Shown piece after piece: positions 43,788 through 56,723 of a stretch of DNA of 64,000 nucleotides. This DNA comes from Solirubrobacteraceae bacterium (GTDB lineage Bacteria > Actinomycetota > Thermoleophilia > Solirubrobacterales > Solirubrobacteraceae), in the NCBI GenBank assembly GCA_036490775.1, contig DASXDD010000028.1, forward strand, positions 9,679-73,678, in the 5' to 3' direction. Position 1 is the first letter of the stretch; each line of letters starts with the position of its first letter. The position numbers were made by a program, and so were the translations under genes. The notes under the pieces were generated by a model. The model was not told the origin of the DNA, did not search any database, and worked only from the letters and a program-made list of their open reading frames with translations.

Positions 43788-44366
43788 TCAGTGAAACGTC
43801 TTACCCGCGCCGAGCATCCCGATGTACATCGAGATCCGTTTCGCCCGGGCGTCGGGCTTCTTGACGTGGTGCAGCCGGTATAGGAACGCGTAGCGGTTGG
43901 CGCCCTTCAGGGTCGCGAAGAACTCCGCGGCGGCGGGGTCGGCGTCGAGCGCTTGTTGGAAGTCATCGGGCACGGTGGCACGGCTTTGGGGCTCGTACGC
44001 GTCGTCGATCCGGCCGTCGCGCTTGGCGGCCTCGAACTGCTCGAGGCCGGCGGGCATCATCCGGCCCGCGGCGATCAGCTCGAGCGCCTTGTCGCGGTTG
44101 ACCTGCGACCACTTGCTGCGCGGACCGCGGGGCGTGAACCGCTGAAGCCAGTGGTGCTCGTCGTGGCCGGCCTTCTGGCCGTCGATCCAGCCGTACCGGA
44201 TCGCCTCCTCGAGCGCCTGGGGGTGGTTGACGGTGGGCGTCGGCGCGCCCTTCTTGGCGATCTTCACCCATACCCCCGGCGAGGACGTGTGGTGCTCGTG
44301 CAGCCACCGCTCCCACGCCTCGGGGTCGCGGAACTCGATCGTCGGAAGGTCGGACTTGGGGCTCAT
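43788..44366 (-). CDS. YdeI/OmpD-associated family protein
   Basis: WERWL, YGWIDG, RFTPRGPRSKWSQVN, VPDDF, FATL, RAKRI. Confidence 0.9.
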   Translation of the reverse strand: MSPKSDLPTIEFRDPEAWERWLHEHHTSSPGVWVKIAKKGAPTPTVNHPQALEEAIRYGWIDGQKAGHDEHHWLQRFTPRGPRSKWSQVNRDKALELIAAGRMMPAGLEQFEAAKRDGRIDDAYEPQSRATVPDDFQQALDADPAAAEFFATLKGANRYAFLYRLHHVKKPDARAKRISMYIGMLGAGKTFH

Positions 44367-44511
44367 CGTGACTCAGACTTGGGGTTCCTCGGGACGCGAA
44401 ACCGCGCGCTGGCGCCAGGCGCGGGCGGCCCGACATCCGAGGGTACGCGGCCGATCACCCGCCATACGATCACCCGCTATAGTCGGCCGCCGCCCGAGAG
44501 GCGACTTTGTC

Positions 44512-44916
44512 ATGGCCAAAGATCCGATCATTTACGACCTCGTTCTGCTGCTCTCCAACACCGTCGACGACGAGCGCAAGCAGCAGATCCTCACCAACGT
44601 CCAGGCAGCGATCGAGCGCGGCGACGGCTCGGTGTCGCGCAGCGACGAGTGGGGCACGCGGCCGCTTCCCTACCGGATCGACCACCAGCACGAGGCCGAC
44701 TACCGACTGCTGCAGTTCAGCTCGCCGCCGACGCTGATCGAGTCGCTCTCGCACGACCTGGGGATCACTGACGGCGTGCTGCGTCATCGGATCATCAAGA
44801 ACCTGCCCGGGACCCCGCCGGCGCCGGACTCGCCGCCACCGGTGGTCGTCCAGGCCGTCGCTGAGCCCGCCGGCGCCGCCGCGGCATCGGCCGCGTCGGC
44901 CGCGTCGGACTCCTAG
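44512..44916 (+). CDS. rpsF: 30S ribosomal protein S6 (Pro/Ala C-terminal extension)
   Basis: YDLVLLL, WGTRPLPYRI, VLRHRII; lies before ssb-rpsR-rplI. Confidence 0.92.
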   Translation: MAKDPIIYDLVLLLSNTVDDERKQQILTNVQAAIERGDGSVSRSDEWGTRPLPYRIDHQHEADYRLLQFSSPPTLIESLSHDLGITDGVLRHRIIKNLPGTPPAPDSPPPVVVQAVAEPAGAAAASAASAASDS

Positions 44917-45114
44917 GGCTTTCGTCCCCCGCAGAGCGCTCGCGCTCGCGGCCCCCCGCGGGGCCCGACCTGCAACGCCTTCGTGACGCCCCGCGACGAG
45001 TTCGCTACGTGGATGAAACGTTTCGGTCCATTTTCCGTGGAGGACCGAGATTGCCGCCTGACCCGCGCCTAGACTCGACTCCAGCTTTCAAATGCTTCGT
45101 GGAAAGGAGCTTCA

Positions 45115-45591
45115 ATGGCAGGCGACATCAACCGGGTAGTTCTGACCGGCAGGCTGACGAAGGACCCGGAGCTTCGCTCGATGCCCAACAGCGACTCGTC
45201 GGTGTGCAGCTTGCGGATCGCTAGCAACGGCCGGCGGCGCAATTCGGACACCGGACAGTGGGAGGACATGCCCAACTACTTCGACGTCACGGTCTGGGGT
45301 CAGCAGGGCGAGAACTGCCAGCGCTACCTCGCAAAGGGCCGTGCGGTCGCGATCGACGGACGGCTGCGGTTCCGCGAGTGGACCTCCAACGAGGGACAAA
45401 AGCGCAACGCAGTGGATATCATCGCTGAGTCCGTGCAATTCCTTGGCGGGCGCGACGACGCCGGCAACGGTAACGGGAACGGCTTTTCGAGCAGCGCACG
45501 CGCGACCGAAAGCGACGTTCCGATCGACACCGGCGATTTCGAGAGCGCTCCCGTGGGTGCCGCGGCAGGCGACGACGACATTCCGTTCTAA
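45115..45591 (+). CDS. ssb: Single-stranded DNA-binding protein
   Basis: INRVVLTGRLTKDPELR, YLAKGR, DDDIPF tail; AAGGAG SD. Confidence 0.97.
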   Translation: MAGDINRVVLTGRLTKDPELRSMPNSDSSVCSLRIASNGRRRNSDTGQWEDMPNYFDVTVWGQQGENCQRYLAKGRAVAIDGRLRFREWTSNEGQKRNAVDIIAESVQFLGGRDDAGNGNGNGFSSSARATESDVPIDTGDFESAPVGAAAGDDDIPF

Positions 45592-45635
45592 GTCGCCGGA
45601 TCGAAGGCAAAGAATTCCGAGTTAGGTGATAAACG

Positions 45636-45965
45636 GTGGCAAAGCAACGTAGACGGCCGGCTCGCCGGCGCGACAGGAAGGGTGGACTGACCTCCACTCG
45701 TCGGAAGCCATGCCCGTACTGCCGCGACAAGGTGGAGCAGGTCGACTACAAGGACATCTCCGCGCTTCGGAGGTTCATCTCCGAGCGCGGCAAGATTCGT
45801 TCGCGCCGGATCACCGGCGCATGCCGTCGCCACCAGAGCCAGGTCGCGCGCGCTGTCAAGCGCGCGCGAGAGCTGGCGCTGCTGCCGTACGTGGCCGAGG
45901 GCGGAAACGACCGCGGCGAGCGGGGCGAGCGCGGCGGTCGCGGCGGTCGCGACTCCGACAGGTAG
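45636..45965 (+). CDS. rpsR: 30S ribosomal protein S18 (Zn-binding type)
   Basis: [36 protein letters not shown]. Confidence 0.96.
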   Translation: MAKQRRRPARRRDRKGGLTSTRRKPCPYCRDKVEQVDYKDISALRRFISERGKIRSRRITGACRRHQSQVARAVKRARELALLPYVAEGGNDRGERGERGGRGGRDSDR

Positions 45966-45973
45966 AGGCGGCG

Positions 45974-46423
45974 ATGCCCCAGGCGATCCTTCTCCAGGAC
46001 GTGGAGACGCTCGGCGAGCGCGGCACGGTTGTCGACGTGTCGGCCGGCTACTTGCGCAACTACCTGCTCCCCCGCAAGCTGGCCGAGCCCGCGACCACGG
46101 GCTCGATCCAGGCGGCCACGCGCCGTCGCGAGGCGGCGGAGCGGGCGGTCAGGGACGCCGAGGACCGCGCTCGCGAGAACGCGGCGCTGCTCGGGCGCAC
46201 GGTGCTGACGATCACTCAGCAGGCGGGCGACGACGGCCGGCTGTTCGGCTCGGTGACCACCCAGGACATCGCCGAGGCGATCCGCGACGCTCGCGGGATC
46301 AAGGTCGATCGCCGCAAGGTCCACCTCGAGGAGCCGATCCGCCACACGGGCACGTACATGGTTGTGGTTGAGGTGACCGACGAAGTGACCGCGACCGTCA
46401 AAACCATGGTCGTCGCCGGCTAG
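45974..46423 (+). CDS. rplI: 50S ribosomal protein L9
   Basis: ILLQDVETLG, GYLRNYLLP, GRLFGSVT. Confidence 0.96.
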   Translation: MPQAILLQDVETLGERGTVVDVSAGYLRNYLLPRKLAEPATTGSIQAATRRREAAERAVRDAEDRARENAALLGRTVLTITQQAGDDGRLFGSVTTQDIAEAIRDARGIKVDRRKVHLEEPIRHTGTYMVVVEVTDEVTATVKTMVVAG

Positions 46424-46514
46424 CAGCCGGCACGCGGGCGAAAAAACTTCTCGGGTCTTTGCGGCTTCGCGCATCGCGTTGCCGCCTGCCTCAGACCTAG
46501 ACTCGAACGCCGCC

Positions 46515-47870
46515 ATGAGCGCCGTCCAGACGATCGCGGTTCCCCCGCACAACCTCGAGGCCGAGAAGTCGGTTCTCGGTGCCGTGCTGCTCGACGAGCG
46601 GCATCTGTTCGCGCTGCTGGTTGAGGAGCACCTGCGACCCGAGCACTTCTACCGCGACCAGCACGGAGCGGTGTTCGCAGCGATGATCACGCTGCACGAG
46701 AGCGACGGAAAGATCGACCCGCTGACGATCGCCGAGGCGCTGCGCGAACACGGCAAGCTCGACGAGGTCGGTGGGCCGCAGGCGATCGACGAGCTCGCCG
46801 GGTGGGTCCCGGCCGCGGGCCATGCTCGCGAGTACGGACGGATCGTCCGCGACAACGCGCAGATGCGCGCGCTGCTGACAACGTCGTATGAGATCCAGGC
46901 GAGTGTGATGTCGCGCGAGGCGCCGGCGCGCGACCTGGTCGAGCGCGCCGAGCGTTCGGTACTCGAGGTCGCCCACGACGATCGCCAGAAGCGGATCCGG
47001 TCGATCGCCGATGTGCTCGACGAGGAAACCGAGAAGCTGCACCGGCTGTCGGTCGCCAAATCGCCGCTGACGGGAACGCCCTCGGGCTTCAAGGACATCG
47101 ACGAGAAGACCGGCGGTTTTCAACCGGGCAACCTGATCATCATCGCCGCACGGCCTTCGATGGGAAAGTCGGCTCTGGTCGCGAACGTCGCCGAGAACGC
47201 GGCACTCGCCGGCAATCCGGTCGTTCTGTTCTCGCTGGAGATGTCCGAGTCTGAGCTCGCACAGCGGTTCGTCGCGTCCCAAGCGCGGATCAAGGGCGAC
47301 GACCTGCGACGCGGGCGGGTCGCCGAGCAGCGCTGGCCGAAGATCCTCGAGGCCTGCCAGCGGCTGTCGCAGGCGCCGCTGTACGTCGACGACTCCAGCG
47401 ACACCGGCGTACTCGAGGTGCGGGCGAAGGCGCGGCGGCTGCATCACCAGACCGAGGGTGGCCTCGGGTTGGTGATCGTCGACTACCTGCAGCTCATGCG
47501 CCACGAGGGGCGCATGGACAGCCGGGTCGAGCAGGTCGGCCAGATCTCACGTGGGCTCAAGGGGCTCGCCCGCGAGCTCAACGTCCCGGTGATCGCGCTC
47601 TCACAGCTGAGCCGTGCGGTCGAGCAGCGCGGTGGCGAGAAGAAGCCGATCCTGTCGGACCTGCGTGAATCTGGAGCGATCGAGCAGGACGCCGACGTGG
47701 TCATGTTCATCTACCGCGAGGAGTACTACGACAAGGACTCCGAGCGCCCCGGCGAGGCCGACATCATCATCGCCAAGCACCGCAACGGGCCCGTCGGCGA
47801 GGTCGTGCTCACCTTCCAGAGCGAGTACCCGAAGTTCATGAACTACGCCGGCGATCGGTTCTCGCAGTGA
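46515..47870 (+). CDS. dnaB: Replicative DNA helicase
   Basis: PPHNLEAE, AARPSMGKS, FSLEM, VDYLQL, LSQLSR, DLRESGAIEQDAD, KHRNGP; no intein. Confidence 0.97.
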   Translation: MSAVQTIAVPPHNLEAEKSVLGAVLLDERHLFALLVEEHLRPEHFYRDQHGAVFAAMITLHESDGKIDPLTIAEALREHGKLDEVGGPQAIDELAGWVPAAGHAREYGRIVRDNAQMRALLTTSYEIQASVMSREAPARDLVERAERSVLEVAHDDRQKRIRSIADVLDEETEKLHRLSVAKSPLTGTPSGFKDIDEKTGGFQPGNLIIIAARPSMGKSALVANVAENAALAGNPVVLFSLEMSESELAQRFVASQARIKGDDLRRGRVAEQRWPKILEACQRLSQAPLYVDDSSDTGVLEVRAKARRLHHQTEGGLGLVIVDYLQLMRHEGRMDSRVEQVGQISRGLKGLARELNVPVIALSQLSRAVEQRGGEKKPILSDLRESGAIEQDADVVMFIYREEYYDKDSERPGEADIIIAKHRNGPVGEVVLTFQSEYPKFMNYAGDRFSQ

Positions 47871-47931
47871 GCCGCAGCGGTCCGGTAACCCGGAACCGCA
47901 GCGGTCCGCGCCCGGACAGCGAGGGTTGGGC

Positions 47932-48618
47932 ATGAGCGATCGCTGCCAGTTCGGCGTCTGTGACGGCTCCGGGTTCGTGTTCGACGAGGAGTCCAACACG
48001 GCGTACGACTGCCGCTGCCGCGCCGGACGGATCGTGACGGCAAAGGCGCGCAGCTTGTCGGCGGTGATTCCGCGGCGCTACCGCGACGTCGCGTTCGATC
48101 GCTGGCCGGTGACCGAGATCGATCAACCGATCGTGTCGGCGACCCGCGACTACACAAAGAGGATCGACTCGCACCTCGATGCGGGCCGCGGGCTGTGGTT
48201 CATGGGCCAAGTCGGGACCGGCAAGACGACGCTGGCGATGCTCGTCTCCAAGGCGGCACTCGACGCAGGACGGTCGGTCGCGATCTACTCGCTGCCACGG
48301 CTGCTCAACGAGATCCGCGACACGCATCGTGCCGAGCGTTCGCACGTCAACCTGCTCGACCGGCTGACGGCGGTCGACCTGCTGCATGTCGACGACGTCG
48401 GCGCCGAGCGCACGACCGACTGGGTGCTCGAGGAGCTCTACTCGATCGTCAACGCTCGCTACGAGGACGAGCGGTCGATGGTGATCACGACCAACATTCT
48501 CGACCGCGAGGCGCTGTGCGAGCAGATCAGCGAGCGAACGGTCTCGCGCCTGACCGAGATGTGCGATCAGCTGCCGCTGGGCGGCGACGACAAGCGCACC
48601 GTACTGCGCTCGGCCTGA
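47932..48618 (+). CDS. DnaC/IstB-family AAA+ ATPase with N-terminal Cys4 Zn site (candidate helicase loader)
   Basis: CQFGVCDGSG...CRC, Walker A GQVGTGKT, Walker B LHVDDVG, ITTN, SRL. Confidence 0.85.
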   Translation: MSDRCQFGVCDGSGFVFDEESNTAYDCRCRAGRIVTAKARSLSAVIPRRYRDVAFDRWPVTEIDQPIVSATRDYTKRIDSHLDAGRGLWFMGQVGTGKTTLAMLVSKAALDAGRSVAIYSLPRLLNEIRDTHRAERSHVNLLDRLTAVDLLHVDDVGAERTTDWVLEELYSIVNARYEDERSMVITTNILDREALCEQISERTVSRLTEMCDQLPLGGDDKRTVLRSA

Positions 48619-49556
48619 TCGACCCACTCCTCGCTGACCTCGCGCAGCACGGTCAGCATCGCGGCGACGGCCGGCGAGCGGTAGCCGACGGGCATCGCAG
48701 CGAAGATCGGGCGGATCGGCGCGTCCGAGGCGAGCTCGCGAACGGTCACATCGTCGCGAACCTGCCGCGCCACCATGTCGGGGATCAGGGCGACGCCGAC
48801 GCCGGCTGCAACGAACCCGAGGATCGCGGGATAGTCATCGTTCTGGAAGGCGATCCGCGGCTCGAACCCGGCCTCGTGACACGCGCGCAGAAACAGCCGC
48901 GAGTCGGGGCAGTGGGTCGTCGTCGCGAGCATCCACGGCTCGCTGGCGAAGTCCGAGAGCTCGAGCGGGAACTCGTCGGCGAGCGGATGGCCGGCCGGTA
49001 GCGCCACGCACATCGGGTCATCGAACAGATGCACAAGCTCGATATCGCCGGGCCCGTCGCCGCCCGACACGACCAGGCAGCCGTCGTCGCCGGGGTACGC
49101 GCCCTGCGGGTCATGCGAGATCGCCATGTCGAGCTCGCCGGCGCGCAGCTTCGGGAGCGAGTCGACCGGGTCTGCGATCACGACACCGAGCTCGACCTCG
49201 GGGTAGAGCTCGCGAAATCGCGCGATCGCGAGCGGCACGATCGACGCGGCCGCCGACGCGAACGACGCGATCCGCAGGCTGCCGCCCTCGAGCCCGGTGA
49301 GCGCCTGCAGCTCGAGCTCGATGTCCTGCAGTCGCGCGAGGATCACCGTCCCGCGATCGACGAGCAGCTGCCCGGCGTCGGTCAGCACGACGCCCTGAGG
49401 CACGCGCCGGACGAGCAGCGTCCCGGTCTCGGCCTCGAGCGTTGCGATCTGCCTCGACACCGCCGGCTGCGTGTAGCCGAGCGCGTTCGCCGCGCCGGAG
49501 AACGAGCCGCTGCGAGCGACCTCGCACAGGACCTTCAGGCGGCGCACGTCAAGCAT
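48567..49556 (-). CDS. LysR family transcriptional regulator
   Basis: GSFSGAANALGYTQPAVSRQIATLE, LTDAG, VAAGVGVALIP. Confidence 0.95.
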   Translation of the reverse strand: MLDVRRLKVLCEVARSGSFSGAANALGYTQPAVSRQIATLEAETGTLLVRRVPQGVVLTDAGQLLVDRGTVILARLQDIELELQALTGLEGGSLRIASFASAAASIVPLAIARFRELYPEVELGVVIADPVDSLPKLRAGELDMAISHDPQGAYPGDDGCLVVSGGDGPGDIELVHLFDDPMCVALPAGHPLADEFPLELSDFASEPWMLATTTHCPDSRLFLRACHEAGFEPRIAFQNDDYPAILGFVAAGVGVALIPDMVARQVRDDVTVRELASDAPIRPIFAAMPVGYRSPAVAAMLTVLREVSEEWVDQAERSTVRLSSPPSGS

Positions 49557-49577
49557 GACCAGAAGTTATACCTCATC

Positions 49578-49597
49578 AAGCAAAGCCTTATTTGCTT
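49578..49597. promoter_or_regulatory. AT-rich inverted repeat in the LysR divergent promoter (candidate operator)
   Basis: AAGCAAA-GCCTTA-TTTGCTT between divergent starts 49556 and 49631. Confidence 0.4.
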
Positions 49598-49630
49598 TTA
49601 TGGCGCGAACGGGTCAAATTTGTTCAGACG

Positions 49631-49948
49631 ATGAAGACCTCGACCCTGGCAACGATCACGATCAGGTCCGCCTACGCGGACGATCAAGCGTCGCTGAGCC
49701 GCTTGGCGGCGCTCGACAGCGCGGCCGGCGTCCCCGGGGGCGCGCTGCTGCTGGCCGAGGTCGACGAGCAGCTGCGCGCTGCGCTCTCCCTCACTGACGG
49801 CTCGGTGATCGCCGACCCGTTCTTTGCGACCGTTGACCTGGTTGCGCTGCTGCGCACCCGCGCCACCGCGATCGCCGGCCCGAACGCGGCGCGGCTGCGT
49901 CGGCGGGCTCGTGCTCACCGCCCGCGCCGGTTCGTGCTGACCGGCTGA
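49631..49948 (+). CDS. Small hypothetical protein (partial GNAT-like pattern)
   Basis: TIRSAYADD..LSRLAALDS...LLAEVD...IADPF. Confidence 0.7.
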   Translation: MKTSTLATITIRSAYADDQASLSRLAALDSAAGVPGGALLLAEVDEQLRAALSLTDGSVIADPFFATVDLVALLRTRATAIAGPNAARLRRRARAHRPRRFVLTG

Positions 49949-50026
49949 ATCCGGCTGCGGGGCTTGCCCCCGGGCGTCGCCTGATGGATTATCGGTGGCG
50001 ACGGCAACGAACCCGGAGGAAGTCAG

Positions 50027-50902
50027 ATGAGCACAGCTTCGACGCGGGCGGCGATCACCGGCCATGAAGACGAGCAGGTCCAACGCGCAAACTCCTCGGG
50101 TCGGATGCCGGTCGCGTTCGTCCACGGACTGTGGCTGCTGCCCAGCAGCTGGGACCGGTGGGCGGAGCTGTTTGAGGAGGCCGGCTACTCGGCGGTCGAG
50201 CCCGGCTGGCCCGACGACCCGGACACCGTCGCCGAGGCCAAGGAGCACCCCGAGGTGTTCGCAGGCAAGACGATCGGCCAGATCGCCGATCACATCCAGG
50301 GCGTGATCGAGCGACTCGACCGCACGCCGGTGGTGATCGGCCACTCGTTCGGCGGGCTGCTCACCCAGATCCTCGCCGGGCGGGGGCTAGCCGCGGCCTC
50401 GGTCGCGATCAGCCCGGCGCCGTTCCGCGGCGTTCTCCCGCTTCCGATCTCGGCGCTGAGGTCCGGCAAGCCGGTGCTCGAGAACCCGGCCAACCGCCAC
50501 CGTGCGATCCCGCTGACCTACGACCAGTTTCGCTACGCGTTCGCCAACGCCGTCAGCGAGGACGAAGCCAAGCAGCTGTATGAGAGCTACTCGGTGCCGG
50601 GCTCGGGCGAGCCGATCTTCCAGGCAGCTGCGGCCAACTTCAACCCGTGGACCGAGGCGAAGGTCGACAGCAAGAACCCCGAGCGCGGCCCGCTGCTGAT
50701 CATCTCGGCCGACCAGGATCACACCGTCCCGTGGGCGATCGCCAACGCGTCGTTCAAGCGCCAGCAGAAGAACGAGGCGGTCACGGAGATCGTCAAGCTC
50801 GAGGGTCGCGGCCACGCGCTGACGATCGACAGCGGCTGGCGCGAGGTCGCCGACACCGCGCTGCAGTTCGTCTCGAGGTTCGCGCCGGCCGGGGGCAAGT
50901 GA
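50027..50902 (+). CDS. Alpha/beta hydrolase
   Basis: FVHGLW, GHSFGG nucleophile elbow, DHTVP, RGH. Confidence 0.93.
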   Translation: MSTASTRAAITGHEDEQVQRANSSGRMPVAFVHGLWLLPSSWDRWAELFEEAGYSAVEPGWPDDPDTVAEAKEHPEVFAGKTIGQIADHIQGVIERLDRTPVVIGHSFGGLLTQILAGRGLAAASVAISPAPFRGVLPLPISALRSGKPVLENPANRHRAIPLTYDQFRYAFANAVSEDEAKQLYESYSVPGSGEPIFQAAAANFNPWTEAKVDSKNPERGPLLIISADQDHTVPWAIANASFKRQQKNEAVTEIVKLEGRGHALTIDSGWREVADTALQFVSRFAPAGGK

Positions 50903-51507
50903 TGTCCCCCGTTTCGCGCGGGTTCCTGGGTCGCCGGCGTCCGGTCGCCGACCCCTCACGGATTCCCCCCGGGCAGTACATGACCACGGACTTCCCGGTG
51001 CTGTCCGCGGGCCCGACGCCGCACACGCCGCTGGAGGACTGGAGCTTCACGATCCAGGGCGAGGTCGGCGAGCCGGTGTCGTGGCCATGGGCGGAGTTCC
51101 TCGACCTCCCATCGGAGACGATCACAGTCGACATCCACTGCGTGACGAAGTGGTCAAAGCTCGACACGAGTTGGAGAGGCGTGTCGGTCGACACGCTGTT
51201 GGACCGCGTCGAGACGTCGGCGGAGTGGCTGACGGCTTGGTCGGATGGCGGCTACACGACGAACCTCGCGCTCGAGGACGTGACCGGCGGCAGGGCGTGG
51301 GTCGCCTACGAATACGGCGGCGACCAGCTCGAGGCAGAGCACGGCGGCCCGGCGCGGCTGCTGGTACCGCATCTGTACTTCTGGAAGAGTGCGAAGTGGG
51401 TGCGCGGGCTGGTGCTCACGCACGACGACGAGCCGGGGTTCTGGGAGAACTACGGCTACCACAACCACGGCGATCCATGGCTCGAGCAGCGCTACCAAGG
51501 AGACTGA
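50902..51507 (+). CDS. Sulfite oxidase-like molybdopterin oxidoreductase (short, probably cytoplasmic)
   Basis: PPGQ, DIHCVTKWS, GYTTN, EHGGPARL, YFWKSAKW, GFWE..GYH. Confidence 0.92.
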   Translation: MSPVSRGFLGRRRPVADPSRIPPGQYMTTDFPVLSAGPTPHTPLEDWSFTIQGEVGEPVSWPWAEFLDLPSETITVDIHCVTKWSKLDTSWRGVSVDTLLDRVETSAEWLTAWSDGGYTTNLALEDVTGGRAWVAYEYGGDQLEAEHGGPARLLVPHLYFWKSAKWVRGLVLTHDDEPGFWENYGYHNHGDPWLEQRYQGD

Positions 51508-52229
51508 GCTGGCAGCAAGCGACCGTGGTCGAGCTCGTTGAGGAGACGGCGCGAACTACGAGCCTGCTGCTCAAGCCGGCCGACTGGGTCGGTCATCAGG
51601 CCGGCCAGCACGTCGACGTGCGGCTGACCGCCGAGGACGGCTACCAAGCGCAGCGCAGCTACTCGATCGCCTCCGGGCCAGAGGACGAGCACCTGGTCCT
51701 GACAGTCGAGCGCCTGGACGACGGAGAGGTCTCCCCGTACCTGGTTGGCGAGCTCCGTGCGGGTGACGAGCTCGAGCTCCGCGGTCCGATCGGCGGCTAC
51801 TTCGTGTGGACCCAGGCGCTCGGCGGGCCCCTCCTGCTGGTGGCTGGCGGGTCCGGGATCGTCCCGTTTCGCTCGGTGCTGCGCCACCGCGCTGCGGTCG
51901 GCAGCGACGTCCCGACGCGGCTTCTGTACTCGGCCCGGTCGCTTGACGACGTGATCTACCGCGATGAGCTCACGCGACTGGACGCGGCCGCAGACGGACT
52001 CGAGACCCGCTACGCGCTCACGCGCGAATGGCCGGCCGATTGGGACGGGCACCGTGGCCGCATCGACCGCGAGCTGCTCGACGAGGTCGCATGGCCGGCG
52101 CAGCAAACCGGCCTGACCTACATCTGTGGACCGAGTGGGTTCGTCGAAGCCGCGGCGGCCACGCTCGTCGACGCCGGCCACGATCCGGGGCGGATCCGGA
52201 CCGAGCGATTCGGACCGACGGGGCAGTGA
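51477..52229 (+). CDS. Ferredoxin-NADP reductase-like FAD/NAD(P) oxidoreductase
   Basis: GQHVD, RSYSIAS, GEVS, RGPIG, GGSGIVP, YICGP, TERFG. Confidence 0.92.
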   Translation: MARAALPRRLSWQQATVVELVEETARTTSLLLKPADWVGHQAGQHVDVRLTAEDGYQAQRSYSIASGPEDEHLVLTVERLDDGEVSPYLVGELRAGDELELRGPIGGYFVWTQALGGPLLLVAGGSGIVPFRSVLRHRAAVGSDVPTRLLYSARSLDDVIYRDELTRLDAAADGLETRYALTREWPADWDGHRGRIDRELLDEVAWPAQQTGLTYICGPSGFVEAAAATLVDAGHDPGRIRTERFGPTGQ

Positions 52230-52473
52230 TGGAGCCGCTTGACGGAAACGCGATCGCAGGCGACCTGTTCGAGTACTTCGGCACGGAGATGACGACCGCG
52301 GTCGGCACCTGCGCCCGATGCGGCGCCAGCGGGCCGATCGCGGAGCTGCGCGTGTACCTGCGCGCGCCCGGCTGTGTGGCCCGATGCCCGCGGTGTGACA
52401 ACGTCACGATGGTGATCGTCAGCGTGCACGGGAGCGCCAGGATCGACCTGGCAGGCTTCCATCTGCAGCCCAC

Positions 52474-52477
<4 letters not shown>
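52229..52477 (+). CDS. Small Zn-ribbon protein (DUF6510-like)
   Basis: LDGNAIAG...CARCG...RCPRC; coupled to both neighbours by stop/start overlaps. Confidence 0.8.
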
Positions 52478-56577
<4,100 letters not shown>

Positions 56578-56723
56578 GCCCATAGCCTGCGCGTAAGGCA
56601 CCCCGCTCCGCATCGGGCGCCAGCCCAGTCTTAGCCCCGCCGGCTACCTCAGATTTGACCTCCCGCGCGCGTCCGGGGTGCCTTAGTGCCTCAGACGGGG
56701 CTCAGACACGGCTCAGAGCCGGC

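Noticed and set aside
44470-44511. S6:S18-binding leader RNA before rpsF
   Set aside because: Only a short GC hairpin is visible; cannot be supported without a covariance model search
46515-47870. Intein in DnaB
   Set aside because: Length is normal (451 aa) and the motifs are contiguous
47932-48618. IS21 element (IstB)
   Set aside because: No IstA transposase or terminal inverted repeats; the gene is embedded in the core dnaB locus
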